The position numbers were made by a program, and so were the translations under genes. The notes under the pieces are model-generated. The model saw only the letters and a list, made by a program, of their open reading frames with translations, was not told the origin of the DNA and did not search any database. A stretch of DNA of 64,000 bases. Source: Petrimonas sp. (GTDB lineage: Bacteria; Bacteroidota; Bacteroidia; Bacteroidales; Dysgonomonadaceae). Of the stretch, positions 29,089 through 39,268 are shown in pieces; position 1 is the first letter of the stretch, and each line of letters starts with the position of its first letter. Location of the stretch: NCBI GenBank assembly GCA_012839475.1, contig DUNG01000029.1:26497-90496 (forward strand), written 5' to 3'.

Positions 29089-31029
29089 TTAATGGGTGAG
29101 TATCGTTCCCCCTTCAGGCTGAATCTTCAAGGTCACCTTCCCATCGCCGCTCACTACTACCCGATTTAGCTGGGGTGACCGATCGTTGCGATCTGAATAG
29201 AGTGCCACCTCCTTACCGGCGAACATGGGCAATGTAACCGACAACTCTTTCACCTCCTTCTCCGCGTTGATCGCGGCTACATACCAGCGTTCACCGCTTC
29301 GCCTTGCTATAACGGCATACTTCCCGGGGTAACCATCAATATACCGTGTTTCGTTCCAAAGCGTGGGTATCTCCTTCATGAAATCGATCACGAATGACGG
29401 GTAGTCGGTCAGGTTGTTGGGGGTGATACCGAAGTTCTGAATCGGTGACTGGAAGAGCACGACCGTTGCCAATTGGAATATCTCCGTCGTCTTGCGCGTT
29501 GTCCCTCCATCGTTGCCCCGGTTGTGTCGCTTATTAAGCAACACGGGGCCAAAATCCATAGAGCCCACGCTGTTACGAATAAAAGGATGTAACGTCGCGT
29601 TATACGCTTCGGTATCGTTAGCGCGTTGGTTGAAAATCAAGTTCTCGGAGGCCAACACCGCCTCACTGCCCGCGAAGTTAGGGTACATTCGTTCCCACCC
29701 CCTCGGCAACGTGCAACCATGGAAGATTACCGCCAGGCCATGGTCGTTGGCATCGGCCAGGATATCTTCGTACAACTTCATGGTCTCCTGTTTGTCGCCA
29801 CCGAAAAAGTCGACCTTGATTCCTTTCGCACCGATACTTTTTAGCCATGCCATCTCTTTTTTACGAGCCACCGAGGTATTCATCCTATTTTTCGGGTGCT
29901 GTGGGGCGTCGCTCCAGTAACCGTTGGAGTTATACCACAGGGATATCCCCACGTTCTTTGAAGCGGCGTACCGCGCCAGCTCTTCCACCTTTTCACGACC
30001 AATCCGGCTGATCCACCAGTTATCGATGAGTACCAGCTCATAGCCCAGCTCAGCCGAAAGATCGATATAGGTTTTCTGGTCCTCGTAATTAATGCTACCA
30101 TCCTGCCACAGTAACCAGCTCCACGTGGAGCGTCCAAACCGGTAATCGATTGACGGCTCGTAAAGAGGCTCTACCACGTCGAATGCCACGGTTGTCTCCA
30201 CGATGGGCTTCAGGTTATCTCCCACGGTAAGGGTACGCCACGGCGTTTCACCAGGCAACGAGATACCCGGTTGTGCACTCCCGATACCGTTATTCTCTCC
30301 CTCTTCGGGGAAAGCGATCGTGTAGAGTCCCTCGGCGGTACCTTCGCTCAACTTCGAACCGCAGTAGAGGCTGCCCACCCCGGTTTCGGAAACAAGTGCC
30401 CAGCCGTTATCACCCACCCTGAATAGCCCGGGGAAGGTGTACCCTATCCCGTACCTCGAAGGGGTTCCTACCGGTTCATCCGGGACGTAACCCTCCTCGT
30501 AGCTGGGCTTAGTCCTCATCCACCCGATCATGGGGGTGGCTTGTGGGGTTAAAAAGGTCGTGGTAAAGGTCGGGAACTTGAAGCCAGTAAGCTCTTTCTC
30601 GATGACACAGCGTGCCGTCTCCCCGTTCTGCTCAAGGGAATACTTGAACGCCAGGTCGTTATCACTCACTCTAAATACAACCCGCATCACCTCTCCCTTA
30701 GGCGTCTGATAGGTACCCACCACCTCGTTGGCCACGTATTCCACGTGACTCTGCTTGACGGTTTTAAGGCTATAGGTCTCCCGTATCGCCCGTTCCGTCT
30801 TCTCAACGAACTGCAGGTCACGACTAAAGTCGCTCACATTAGTAACCATGCCCAACGGGGAATCCTCCAGGATAACTTTTCCCTTGTAGTAAACGTTGTA
30901 ATGCAGGATACCCCCCTGCAAGGAGACGTTGACCTTAAGGTTGCCATCCGGGCTCAAAACCGCGTAATCGCCTGCGCTAACGAACTGAAAAAGAATCGCG
31001 GTCAACAAGGTAATCCAAACTTTCTTCAT
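29089..31029 (-). CDS. GH97 family glycosidase (alpha-glucosidase/alpha-galactosidase-type fold; specificity not assignable)
   Basis: Signal peptide. N-terminal beta-sandwich, PWRTLTVG segment, TIM barrel with GAKGIKVDFFGGDKQETM as in SusB-like GH97 enzymes. Confidence 0.7.
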   Translation of the reverse strand: MKKVWITLLTAILFQFVSAGDYAVLSPDGNLKVNVSLQGGILHYNVYYKGKVILEDSPLGMVTNVSDFSRDLQFVEKTERAIRETYSLKTVKQSHVEYVANEVVGTYQTPKGEVMRVVFRVSDNDLAFKYSLEQNGETARCVIEKELTGFKFPTFTTTFLTPQATPMIGWMRTKPSYEEGYVPDEPVGTPSRYGIGYTFPGLFRVGDNGWALVSETGVGSLYCGSKLSEGTAEGLYTIAFPEEGENNGIGSAQPGISLPGETPWRTLTVGDNLKPIVETTVAFDVVEPLYEPSIDYRFGRSTWSWLLWQDGSINYEDQKTYIDLSAELGYELVLIDNWWISRIGREKVEELARYAASKNVGISLWYNSNGYWSDAPQHPKNRMNTSVARKKEMAWLKSIGAKGIKVDFFGGDKQETMKLYEDILADANDHGLAVIFHGCTLPRGWERMYPNFAGSEAVLASENLIFNQRANDTEAYNATLHPFIRNSVGSMDFGPVLLNKRHNRGNDGGTTRKTTEIFQLATVVLFQSPIQNFGITPNNLTDYPSFVIDFMKEIPTLWNETRYIDGYPGKYAVIARRSGERWYVAAINAEKEVKELSVTLPMFAGKEVALYSDRNDRSPQLNRVVVSGDGKVTLKIQPEGGTILTH

Positions 31030-31070
31030 AATGATGAAAATATTTTTATTTTATAATCATTGTTATACAT

Positions 31071-32048
31071 TCACCATTCGGGTAAACCCCATTTGGCGGT
31101 AACAGCTTCCAGCTCTTTTTGGGTGATGGGGATCACGCTCCCGTGTCTCGGCTTAAAGTCCATGCTCACCTTATGGTCAATTACCTTAAAGGTATCAAGG
31201 TCCACGCTTTCACAGAACTGGTACTCCCCCCTGCCGTACACGTCATAGAGCAACAGGTACTTCTCTTCACCGATCAGTTTCACGACGGTGGATCCTTCCA
31301 CGGAGTGGTGCGTCTGCTGCTTGTAGTCCGGTTGCTCTATCCAACACCCCGAGGTCAGGTTATCGGTCATAGCCTTCTTAATCCCGTTGCCATGACCCTC
31401 GGTTTTATAAAACAGGTGAAATATCCCATTTTTATAGACAATATCGCCATCAATACACGCCTTTCCGTCTTTTGGGAAGAAAAGCTGCTTAGGCTCGCCT
31501 TCTAGATCGGTAAACGCTTCGTTCGCATAGGCATAGTAGATGATATCCGGCCCATCCCCATACTGCATCGACCAGTAAACCATATACTTATTGGCGTGTG
31601 GGTCATATATGGTCTGGGGAGCCCACACCCGTTTGAGCTGCTCCTGCCCAGGGTATTTTTTCTGAATGTTAATGGCCGACGAGGTCCAGTTCACCAGATC
31701 GTTCGATTTTAGCAGAACCATCCCCCGGTTTGAATCCCAGCCATTAGCCGATACCATATCGGTTACCACCATGTAAAACGTCTCACCATCTCGAGTGCGC
31801 AGGATATGTGGATCACGTACTCCACCCGTTTCGCTTATCGCTCCGGATACGATTACCGGCTTATCGTTATTCAGCGCCCGGTAATTGTAACCGTCCAGGC
31901 TTACCGCGAAACAGATCTGTTCACCCTGCTTATCGTTTCCGTGAAAGTAGGTAAACAGGTAGCCCACGTACTCCTGCTCGGCTTTTGTTACCATGGCAAA
32001 TGCAGCACAGCACAAAACCAGCACTGTGCTAATCCATCGTCTCTTCAT
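31071..32048 (-). CDS. Small single-domain GH43-like five-bladed propeller (possible arabinan side-chain arabinofuranosidase)
   Basis: Signal peptide. GGVRDPHILRTRDGETFYMVVTD (catalytic Asp-type motif), VWAPQTIYD, VEGSTVVK. 325 aa. Confidence 0.62.
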   Translation of the reverse strand: MKRRWISTVLVLCCAAFAMVTKAEQEYVGYLFTYFHGNDKQGEQICFAVSLDGYNYRALNNDKPVIVSGAISETGGVRDPHILRTRDGETFYMVVTDMVSANGWDSNRGMVLLKSNDLVNWTSSAINIQKKYPGQEQLKRVWAPQTIYDPHANKYMVYWSMQYGDGPDIIYYAYANEAFTDLEGEPKQLFFPKDGKACIDGDIVYKNGIFHLFYKTEGHGNGIKKAMTDNLTSGCWIEQPDYKQQTHHSVEGSTVVKLIGEEKYLLLYDVYGRGEYQFCESVDLDTFKVIDHKVSMDFKPRHGSVIPITQKELEAVTAKWGLPEW

Positions 32049-32106
32049 TTCTTGTCACTTTTATCCTACATGTAATGTATAGCCGCACCTTTTCGCTTTG
32101 AATCTT

Positions 32107-34647
32107 CTATTTTGCCTTTAGGGAAACCGATACCGGTTTTAGCCAGGGAGCGGTGAATTCAACCTCTATTTCTCCCTCTTCCCCCGTCGCCTCCACGTAG
32201 GCCAGGATACGCCCATGATACACACGATGTTTGTTATCGGTATAATCACTCATATCGGTGTTGTTGCTTGCCTCTAAACCAAGCAGCCTGGCGGGACCGG
32301 AAACGCGGCAGGTGACCTCGTCGTCTGATATCATCACCGGAACGCCGTTTTCATCCACTACTTGCACCACCACGTGGGCCAATCCCCGCTCTTTATCAAT
32401 CTGTTCTTCTGCCTGAACCACTTTTAGCGCATAGGGGCGACCCGATGTCTGTATGGTGTATCCAGAGACGGGCTGGTTATCCCTATCCATGCCCACCACC
32501 TCCAGCTTCCCGGCACGATAGGGGATATCCCAAAAAATGATACCGGTATTGTCGTCATACTCTTTTGTTTCCCCCACCTCTTGACCGTTGAGCAATAGCT
32601 TTGCCTTAGCCGCGTTGGTATAACAGACCACCCGGATGGACTGCCCCTCTTGGTAGTTCCAGATGGACCATGCGTCCATCGAGGGAACCCTCTCCACGTA
32701 GCCGCCTGCGCTTCCCGCTTCGGTTTGCGATAGCACGTCCCTCGACTGGCTCCTGGCACCCCTCCCGGGCGTGGGATAGGTTCCCAGGTAGGCCATCGGC
32801 TCACCTGACCAGAGCGACTGCCTGAAATAGCCCCTCGGTTTGATGAAGCCACCGAAGTCGAGTAATCCCGAGTAGAATCCCCGGGTGGGCCACCTACCCG
32901 ACTCGCCTAGGTAATCGATTCCCGTCCAGAGAAATTGTCCAAAAATAAATTCTTTATCGCGGGTCGCTTTCCAAGCGCCCATATCGTGCCTGTTTTCGCT
33001 GCCGTAAATCACCCGGTCGGGGTACTTTTGGTGGTCGCTATCATACTTGTCTTCGGTGTAGTTGTAACCGGCAATATCCAGCGCTCCCGGGTATTCCGTC
33101 TCGTTCGACATGGCCACGCCAGCCAATCCCGCCGTCACGGGACGAGAGCGGTCATACTGCTTCACCACGTTAACCAGTCGCTTCGCGATCTCTCCCAACT
33201 CCATCGCGTTGGGTGCGTCAGGGTTATACCCCCCGTAGGAGGCCTGCGTGAACCCCGCTTTCTCTCCCCCGAGGATGGGATGCGAGTAAGGGTCGTTCGG
33301 GTAGTCCACCTCGTTACCAATACTCCAAGCAAACACCGAGATATGGTTTCGGTCTCGCCTTACCAAATCGGCCAAATCCAGTTCGCTCCACTCCTTGAAG
33401 ATATCGTACGACCCCTGGTAGCCGGGTGTACCCACGTTCCACCCCTCTAACCACTTGCGCTTGGGAAATACCCACTCGTCGTACATCTCGTTGATTACCA
33501 GCATCCCCATCTCATCGCACAGCTCGTACAGGTCGGGCGCCTGCGGGTTATGGCTTGTCCGTATGGCGTTCACCCCGATCTCCTTCAGGGTCTGCAGTCG
33601 TCTCTGCCACACCGCCTTGGGAACTGCTGAGCCGAGTACGCCCGCATCATGATGGATGCATACCCCCTTCATCTTCATCCACTCCCCGTTTAGCGCGAAA
33701 CCCTTATCCGGGTCGAACGTGAAAGTTCTGAAGCCGGTGCGGGTAGTTGCCCGGTCAACCTCCGTCTTACCTTTTAACACGGTAGTCCTTAGCTCGTACA
33801 GGTTGGGGGCGTCAAGAGACCAGAGCAGCGGTTTTTTAACGCGCAAGGCAGTCGTTACCCTGTTCCCGTCACCTGGTTGCGCCGTCATCTTCTTGCTCTC
33901 TTTCGCGACCAGCTTCCCATCGGGCGAAAACAATTCATTAAGTACCGTCAGGGAGGCGGGAACCTCCTCGCGGTTGGTCACCTCAACCTCCACGTTTAAC
34001 CTGTAGCCGCTCTTCACCTCTTCGGGGTAGGCGTACACACCCCATTGCGCGATATGTACCGGGCTGGCGTACACCAGCCACACGTCGCGGTATATACCCG
34101 AACCGGTGTACCAGCGCGAATCGGCGTACTGGCTATGATCTACCCTCACGGCAATCACGTTATCCTCACCATACTTCACGTGGGGCGTGGCATCAAACAT
34201 AAACGAAAGGTAGCCGTTAGGACGTTTACCCAACGATTGCCCGTTGAGAAACACCTCGCTACGGTTGTAGACCCCCTCGAAATAGAGGTAGACCCTCTGC
34301 CCCTGTTTGTCCGCGGGGATATGGATATCCTTGCGATACCAACCTATACCACCCGGCAGGTAACCGGTGCAGCTAGCCAAAGTGGGGCTTAACTGCCCCT
34401 TCACACTCCAGTCGTGAGGCAACATGACACGTTGCCAGCGGGCATGGTCCAACTCAACCGCTTGTCCATCCTGCACATCGTTAAGCGTAAACCTCCAGTC
34501 GTCGTTGATCTTCTCCGGTGACCCGAAGGAGACCTGCGCCCTCATCGAAGGGGCAAAACAGGTCAACAGCAAAACAGCCAATAACTGAATATGCTTACGC
34601 GCGCTTTTGTTACTGTCTATTGGATTCATACGATTCATACGATTCAT
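32107..34647 (-). CDS. GH2 beta-galactosidase-like glycosidase with C-terminal Ig-like domains
   Basis: WRFTLNDVQDG, LPHDWSV, NAIRTSHNPQAPDLYELCDEMGMLVINE, WSIGNEV. Three in-frame ATGs lie in a 9-bp tandem repeat (34647, 34638, 34629). Confidence 0.85.
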   Translation of the reverse strand: MNRMNRMNPIDSNKSARKHIQLLAVLLLTCFAPSMRAQVSFGSPEKINDDWRFTLNDVQDGQAVELDHARWQRVMLPHDWSVKGQLSPTLASCTGYLPGGIGWYRKDIHIPADKQGQRVYLYFEGVYNRSEVFLNGQSLGKRPNGYLSFMFDATPHVKYGEDNVIAVRVDHSQYADSRWYTGSGIYRDVWLVYASPVHIAQWGVYAYPEEVKSGYRLNVEVEVTNREEVPASLTVLNELFSPDGKLVAKESKKMTAQPGDGNRVTTALRVKKPLLWSLDAPNLYELRTTVLKGKTEVDRATTRTGFRTFTFDPDKGFALNGEWMKMKGVCIHHDAGVLGSAVPKAVWQRRLQTLKEIGVNAIRTSHNPQAPDLYELCDEMGMLVINEMYDEWVFPKRKWLEGWNVGTPGYQGSYDIFKEWSELDLADLVRRDRNHISVFAWSIGNEVDYPNDPYSHPILGGEKAGFTQASYGGYNPDAPNAMELGEIAKRLVNVVKQYDRSRPVTAGLAGVAMSNETEYPGALDIAGYNYTEDKYDSDHQKYPDRVIYGSENRHDMGAWKATRDKEFIFGQFLWTGIDYLGESGRWPTRGFYSGLLDFGGFIKPRGYFRQSLWSGEPMAYLGTYPTPGRGARSQSRDVLSQTEAGSAGGYVERVPSMDAWSIWNYQEGQSIRVVCYTNAAKAKLLLNGQEVGETKEYDDNTGIIFWDIPYRAGKLEVVGMDRDNQPVSGYTIQTSGRPYALKVVQAEEQIDKERGLAHVVVQVVDENGVPVMISDDEVTCRVSGPARLLGLEASNNTDMSDYTDNKHRVYHGRILAYVEATGEEGEIEVEFTAPWLKPVSVSLKAK

Positions 34648-34650
34648 ACG
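34624..34650 (-). repeat. 9-bp tandem repeat x3 containing three in-frame start codons
   Basis: The minus strand reads AATAAATAATCGT-ATGAATCGT-ATGAATCGT-ATGAATCC and encodes MNRMNRMN at the GH2 N-terminus. Confidence 0.95.
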
Positions 34651-34651
34651 A

Positions 34652-35806
34652 TTATTTATTATTAAATATACTCAAATCCCATTCGTCAAACCACTTGAGC
34701 ACGGGCATCCCATCCTCAAAAAGAATGGGGAGCCAGATATACCTGCCATCGATAGGCCTTCGGGGGCGCCAACGGTCAGCCATGAATATAAACGCGTCCC
34801 TCTTTCCCTGCACCGGAATAACAAAGGTACTCTGCGATTGAAAGGTCAGATCGGCATCTTCTCCCCTGGCTGGATTCGGGTGAAGCGTCCATGTCCCCAT
34901 AACTCGTTCGGCCGTTAACAAGCGAGCCGCATTCGGATCCCATCCCGTGCATCCCGACGTGATCATGAAGTAACGCCCCCCCTTTTTAAAGATAGCGGGG
35001 GCCTCATTGTGTCCTCCGGGCTCCACCCGCACGTAGTTCCCGGTGTAATCAAGGTAATCATCCGTTAACTCCGCTATCTGAAGCGTGAGGTTTTCTTCGG
35101 AGGCGTAGATGTGATACGCTTTGCCGTCATCATCCACGAACAGCGTCATATCACGTGACATCTGTCCCCCCTCGAAATCGCGACGAACCAGCAATCCATC
35201 CTTTATGGCCGCCATCCATTCGGGGGTCCACCACTGCTCGAAATCGGTATGTTTCACGTTGGAGTTCCTCTGCTCCTCTGTCATGTTCATGGGCCAAATA
35301 CCCGCATTTACACGTCCATGCTTGACCAACCGGTAAGGACCCGTGACTTGATCGCTAACCGCCACACCTACGTGAGCCGCCTCATACCCTCGCCCTATCA
35401 GCTCCAGGTGAAAGTACATCACGAACTTTCCCGTTTTAGCGTTATAAATCACTTTTGGCCGCTCAATGGTAGACCCTTTCACGATGGGGCTCTCGGGATT
35501 GTCACTCACCGAAAGCGCTACCCCCTCGTTCCTCCAGTTATAGAGGTCTGTGGAGGAGTAGCAGGTTACCCCCACGAACGCGGCGTTTGACCTTTCGCCT
35601 TTATGCTCACCAAACCAGTAGTAGGTGTCCTGGTAGTACAGTATACCTCCACCATGCGCGTTGATTGCCACCCCTTGATCGTCTTCCCACACCTCCCCGG
35701 GTGAAAAGGAGGCGTACCTGTTCTGGTTCTTATCCGCTGGGGTGAAACCACAACAGGATAGAACCACTATCAACAGGGTTAAATAGAGATAAGTTTTACA
35801 GTTCAT
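34652..35806 (-). CDS. GH43 propeller, exo-beta-1,3-galactanase-like (subfamily 24-like, tentative)
   Basis: Lipoprotein-like signal (LSCC). INAHGGGILYYQDTYYWFGEHK motif, NEAPAIFKKGGRYFMITSGCTGW. Confidence 0.68.
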   Translation of the reverse strand: MNCKTYLYLTLLIVVLSCCGFTPADKNQNRYASFSPGEVWEDDQGVAINAHGGGILYYQDTYYWFGEHKGERSNAAFVGVTCYSSTDLYNWRNEGVALSVSDNPESPIVKGSTIERPKVIYNAKTGKFVMYFHLELIGRGYEAAHVGVAVSDQVTGPYRLVKHGRVNAGIWPMNMTEEQRNSNVKHTDFEQWWTPEWMAAIKDGLLVRRDFEGGQMSRDMTLFVDDDGKAYHIYASEENLTLQIAELTDDYLDYTGNYVRVEPGGHNEAPAIFKKGGRYFMITSGCTGWDPNAARLLTAERVMGTWTLHPNPARGEDADLTFQSQSTFVIPVQGKRDAFIFMADRWRPRRPIDGRYIWLPILFEDGMPVLKWFDEWDLSIFNNK

Positions 35807-35941
35807 AAGTCACTTTCTTTCACCTCATGAATTCGCCTTATTCCATATATGAAATCCTCCCATATGATAAGGATCATCAATTAACTAATCCACCGCTCAA
35901 CATGTACCCAACGGAGTACCTCGAACGTTTCGCAGGCATGG

Positions 35942-38900
35942 TTAAGGATTAACGCTGATGGTATAACTGTACGCGTACTCCTTATCCATGAACCGATAAG
36001 CGTCCAGCGGCTTGGCACCCCATGAGTGCAAGCCACCCACGCCACGCTGGAACAGGTCCACACACAGAACCACCTCGTTACGGGGTAACACGTCCGACGC
36101 GTGCTGCTGCTTCTTGGTCACGCCCGGATCCAAGTCCTCGGGTTTGTTATGGGTAGCGCTCACGGATAGCGGTTGGGCACCTTCCACACGAATCACGTTG
36201 CCATTCTCATTTTCGAGCGTTAACCATCGGACATCCATCTTGTTCCCGGTCTCTTGCGGACGGTAATACGCGAAAGCCTGCTCACCAACCTTGCCACTCC
36301 AAACGCCCATGAAGGCATCATCTTTGCGGTCCACGTAACTCTCGCCCGGGCCACGTCCATACCACGTGAAGCGGTCGTAGTTCACAGGAAGCGTCATCAT
36401 CATGCCAAACCGCACCATCTCTGGAAGGTCGTCGGAGAGCGCGGTGTAACACGCCGATACGGTAAGGCTACCGTCTCTATTCACGGTATAGGTGAGATGA
36501 ACCTTTGCCTCGATCCCTCGCGGCTTAACTTCGTACTCAGCGATAAAACCATCGGCGGTCTCTCTCGACCCTTTGTAGCTGTAGAGGGTATTGTAGCCGG
36601 CCGATTCCCATACGCGGGCGCTATATTGCATCCTCTCACCGTACTCGTTATCGGTAAGCGCCCTCCAGAAGTTCAGGCTCGGCAACTCCCGGAACACGTT
36701 TTGTCCCTTTTGCTGCATGCTTATCAACCCTTGCCCGTCCCGTGTAGCGAACTCGTAAGAGAGGCCACCCGCGTTGACCACCGTTCTACCTTCCCCTTGC
36801 TCAACGGAGAGTGTCCCCTCTCGCTTTACAGCGGTGAAGTACTCACCATGGCCGAGTGCAAACTCCCCTTTGGCCACCTCAAACCCCGCGGGGAGTAGCT
36901 CGGTCTCCCGGTTACTGTAAGCAAACAGCTGTAAGTAGTACTCCACCCCCTCCTCTTTCGTGATAGCGGGCAGATTCAGCTTCACCTCTTTACGACTATC
37001 TGCCTTGAGGGAGAGGTTAAAGGAACCCTCGGCGAACGCCTCTCCGTTTTTCAATAGTACCCATTTATACGAGTGGCTCTCGGGCGTGAGGTCGGTAAAT
37101 TTATAGTCGTTTACAACCGTGATCACCCCATTCTCAAGGTCGCTCGCCTCGAACAGTATATCCTGGTATACCTTCTTAACGATATAGGTGTGGGGTACGT
37201 AGTTCTGATCGGGACTAATGATACCATCCATGCAGAAGTTGCCACTGCTCCTCCTGTCATAACCCTTCAGATCACCGCCGTAAGCCCAGTAGAAACGACC
37301 CTGCTCATCGTGGGCAGGATAACCGTGGTTGTACCATTCCCAGATGAAGCCACCCTGCATGTTTTTACTGGAACGCATCAGGTCCCAATACTCCTGAAAG
37401 TTCCCCATGCTATTACCCATTGCATGCGCGTACTCGCACATGATGTAGGGTCTACCCAGGTCTTTCACCGCGTCGCGCTTCATGTTCTCCCACGAGGGAT
37501 ACATGTGGCAGATGATATCGCTGTTACGGTCTATCTGGTACGCCTGCTCATACTGCACGGGGCGACTGCTATCGCGTGCCTTGGCCCAATCGTACATATC
37601 AAAAAAGGCCTTCCCGTTGCTGGCCTCGTTACCGAGAGACCAAAAGATAACCGACGGGTGGTTTTTGTCGCGCTCCACGAGTCGTATAACCCGATCCATG
37701 TGCTGCGCATGCCACTCCGGGAAGTTGGCCACGTTATCAGGCCCGTAACCCAGCCCGTGCGACTCCATATTAGCCTCATCAACCAGGTAGATACCGTACT
37801 CGTCACACAGCTTGTACCATAGTGGGGGTTGTGGGTAGTGCGAGGTACGGACCGCGTTAATGTTAAGCTCCTTCATAAGTTGCAGGTTGCGCATCATCAC
37901 CTCCCGCGTGACCACTTGTCCGGTGCGATAATTGAACTCATGCAGGTTCACCCCTTTGAAGAAGACCTTCTTCCCGTTAATGAACAGCTGTCCATCCGTG
38001 ATCTCAATTTTACGGAACCCCACCTTGTGGGAGGTCGCTTCGATAAGCTCTCCCCGGTTATTTTTCAGGGTAATAAGCATCGTGTACAGATGGGGCGTCT
38101 CAGCGGTCCATTTCAGGGGATTGGACACGTTCCCCGAGAGGGCAACCTCGGTCGTCCCACCGCCCGGCACGTTAGCCGATGCCCTACGAGAGAACACCTT
38201 CTTGCCCGATTTGTCCAACAGGGAGACCTCTACCGAGTGGTTTTGCCGTTGGCTCGCGTAGTTCTTCACCGTAACCTCCACGCTAAACCTCCCGTTCCTG
38301 TAGTTTTTATCAAGATCGGGGTGAGCAAAGAAATCAAGCAGCCGAGACTGATCGGTGCTGTAAAGGTAAACGTTGCGATTGATGCCACCTAAACGCCACA
38401 TATCCTGGTCCTCCAGGTAGGAACCGTCGCTAAACTTATGCACTTCACAGGCCAGCATGTTCTTCCCTTTTCGGATATAGGGGGTGATATCGAACTCAGC
38501 CGGACTCTTGGAGTTCTGCGTGTACCCCACTTTTTGGCCGTTCACCCAAACGTACATGGAGTTCGTACCCGCTTCAAAGTGGAGGAACACGCGCCTCCCC
38601 TCCCAGCTGTCGGGGATCGTAAACTCATGGCGGTAAGCACCGGTGGGTGAATCTTCCCGATCGATACGCGGCGGTGACGATCTAAAGCCGAAACCGGCAC
38701 TCACGTATATGGGCACACCGTAACCGTTAAACTCCCAGTTACCGGGCACAGGCATCTCAACCCAGCCACTCGCATCGTAACTCTCTTCGTAGAAACCCTC
38801 TGGCACGTCGGCCACTTTAGGGACCCAATAGAACTTCCAATTGCCATTCAAGGAGTGGTAAAATGGGGACGAAGCGTAATCGTCTTCAATCGCTAACTCT

Positions 38901-39046
38901 TCCGAGGGATAAGGAATAGACGTGGCCCGCGCATCTTCTTTGTTGACGGCGAAAACCTCCGGATTCTCCCAATCGGGAATACTCTGCGAAAACAGGGCCA
39001 TGCAGGACCAAATAGAAACAAGTAATAAGGCAGCTATTTTTCTCAT
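35942..39046 (-). CDS. GH2 LacZ-type beta-galactosidase
   Basis: WENPEVFAVNKE, NAVRTSHYPQPPLWYKLCDEYGIYLVDEANMESHG, WSLGNEA, IMCEYAHAMGNS, C-terminal Bgal_small_N-like domain. I set the start at ATG 39046 (AGTCGTATGAGAAAA, followed by a signal peptide) rather than the GTG at 39070 given in the ORF track. Confidence 0.9.
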   Translation of the reverse strand: MRKIAALLLVSIWSCMALFSQSIPDWENPEVFAVNKEDARATSIPYPSEELAIEDDYASSPFYHSLNGNWKFYWVPKVADVPEGFYEESYDASGWVEMPVPGNWEFNGYGVPIYVSAGFGFRSSPPRIDREDSPTGAYRHEFTIPDSWEGRRVFLHFEAGTNSMYVWVNGQKVGYTQNSKSPAEFDITPYIRKGKNMLACEVHKFSDGSYLEDQDMWRLGGINRNVYLYSTDQSRLLDFFAHPDLDKNYRNGRFSVEVTVKNYASQRQNHSVEVSLLDKSGKKVFSRRASANVPGGGTTEVALSGNVSNPLKWTAETPHLYTMLITLKNNRGELIEATSHKVGFRKIEITDGQLFINGKKVFFKGVNLHEFNYRTGQVVTREVMMRNLQLMKELNINAVRTSHYPQPPLWYKLCDEYGIYLVDEANMESHGLGYGPDNVANFPEWHAQHMDRVIRLVERDKNHPSVIFWSLGNEASNGKAFFDMYDWAKARDSSRPVQYEQAYQIDRNSDIICHMYPSWENMKRDAVKDLGRPYIMCEYAHAMGNSMGNFQEYWDLMRSSKNMQGGFIWEWYNHGYPAHDEQGRFYWAYGGDLKGYDRRSSGNFCMDGIISPDQNYVPHTYIVKKVYQDILFEASDLENGVITVVNDYKFTDLTPESHSYKWVLLKNGEAFAEGSFNLSLKADSRKEVKLNLPAITKEEGVEYYLQLFAYSNRETELLPAGFEVAKGEFALGHGEYFTAVKREGTLSVEQGEGRTVVNAGGLSYEFATRDGQGLISMQQKGQNVFRELPSLNFWRALTDNEYGERMQYSARVWESAGYNTLYSYKGSRETADGFIAEYEVKPRGIEAKVHLTYTVNRDGSLTVSACYTALSDDLPEMVRFGMMMTLPVNYDRFTWYGRGPGESYVDRKDDAFMGVWSGKVGEQAFAYYRPQETGNKMDVRWLTLENENGNVIRVEGAQPLSVSATHNKPEDLDPGVTKKQQHASDVLPRNEVVLCVDLFQRGVGGLHSWGAKPLDAYRFMDKEYAYSYTISVNP

Positions 39047-39203
39047 ACGACTGTTATTTTCACGTTTCACCTGTTGAAACGTGTGATTATTGATAATTCA
39101 TCCAACCTCAGCTCCCAAGTCGCCCAACCAATGAATAGGCTTATCCCATCAAGGGACTTGCGTAACGCGACAGTGGAGCTGTCTACAAAGCTAACAAAAT
39201 AAT

Positions 39204-39236
39204 TTAAAAACGGCAACAACCTAGTGCTGCCGTTTA
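39204..39236 (-). terminator. Rho-independent terminator after GH43 (39269-40774)
   Basis: The minus strand reads AAACGGCAGCACTAGGTTGTTGCCGTTTTTAAATT, with stem AAACGGCA / TGCCGTTT followed by a T-run. Confidence 0.7.
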
Positions 39237-39268
39237 CACGTTAATAATTGAACTGAACTCAATTACCC

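Noticed and set aside
39047-39070. GTG-initiated 8-codon extension of the LacZ-type GH2, and similar GTG/TTG extensions of MATE (57282-57311) and CDF (58280-58342)
   Set aside because: Internal ATGs give canonical N-termini: a signal peptide MRKIAALLL for GH2, MDKRIFRLALP for MATE and MKTRPLQ for CDF. For GH2 the ATG also has the recurrent TCGTATG context. The extensions add non-typical residues.
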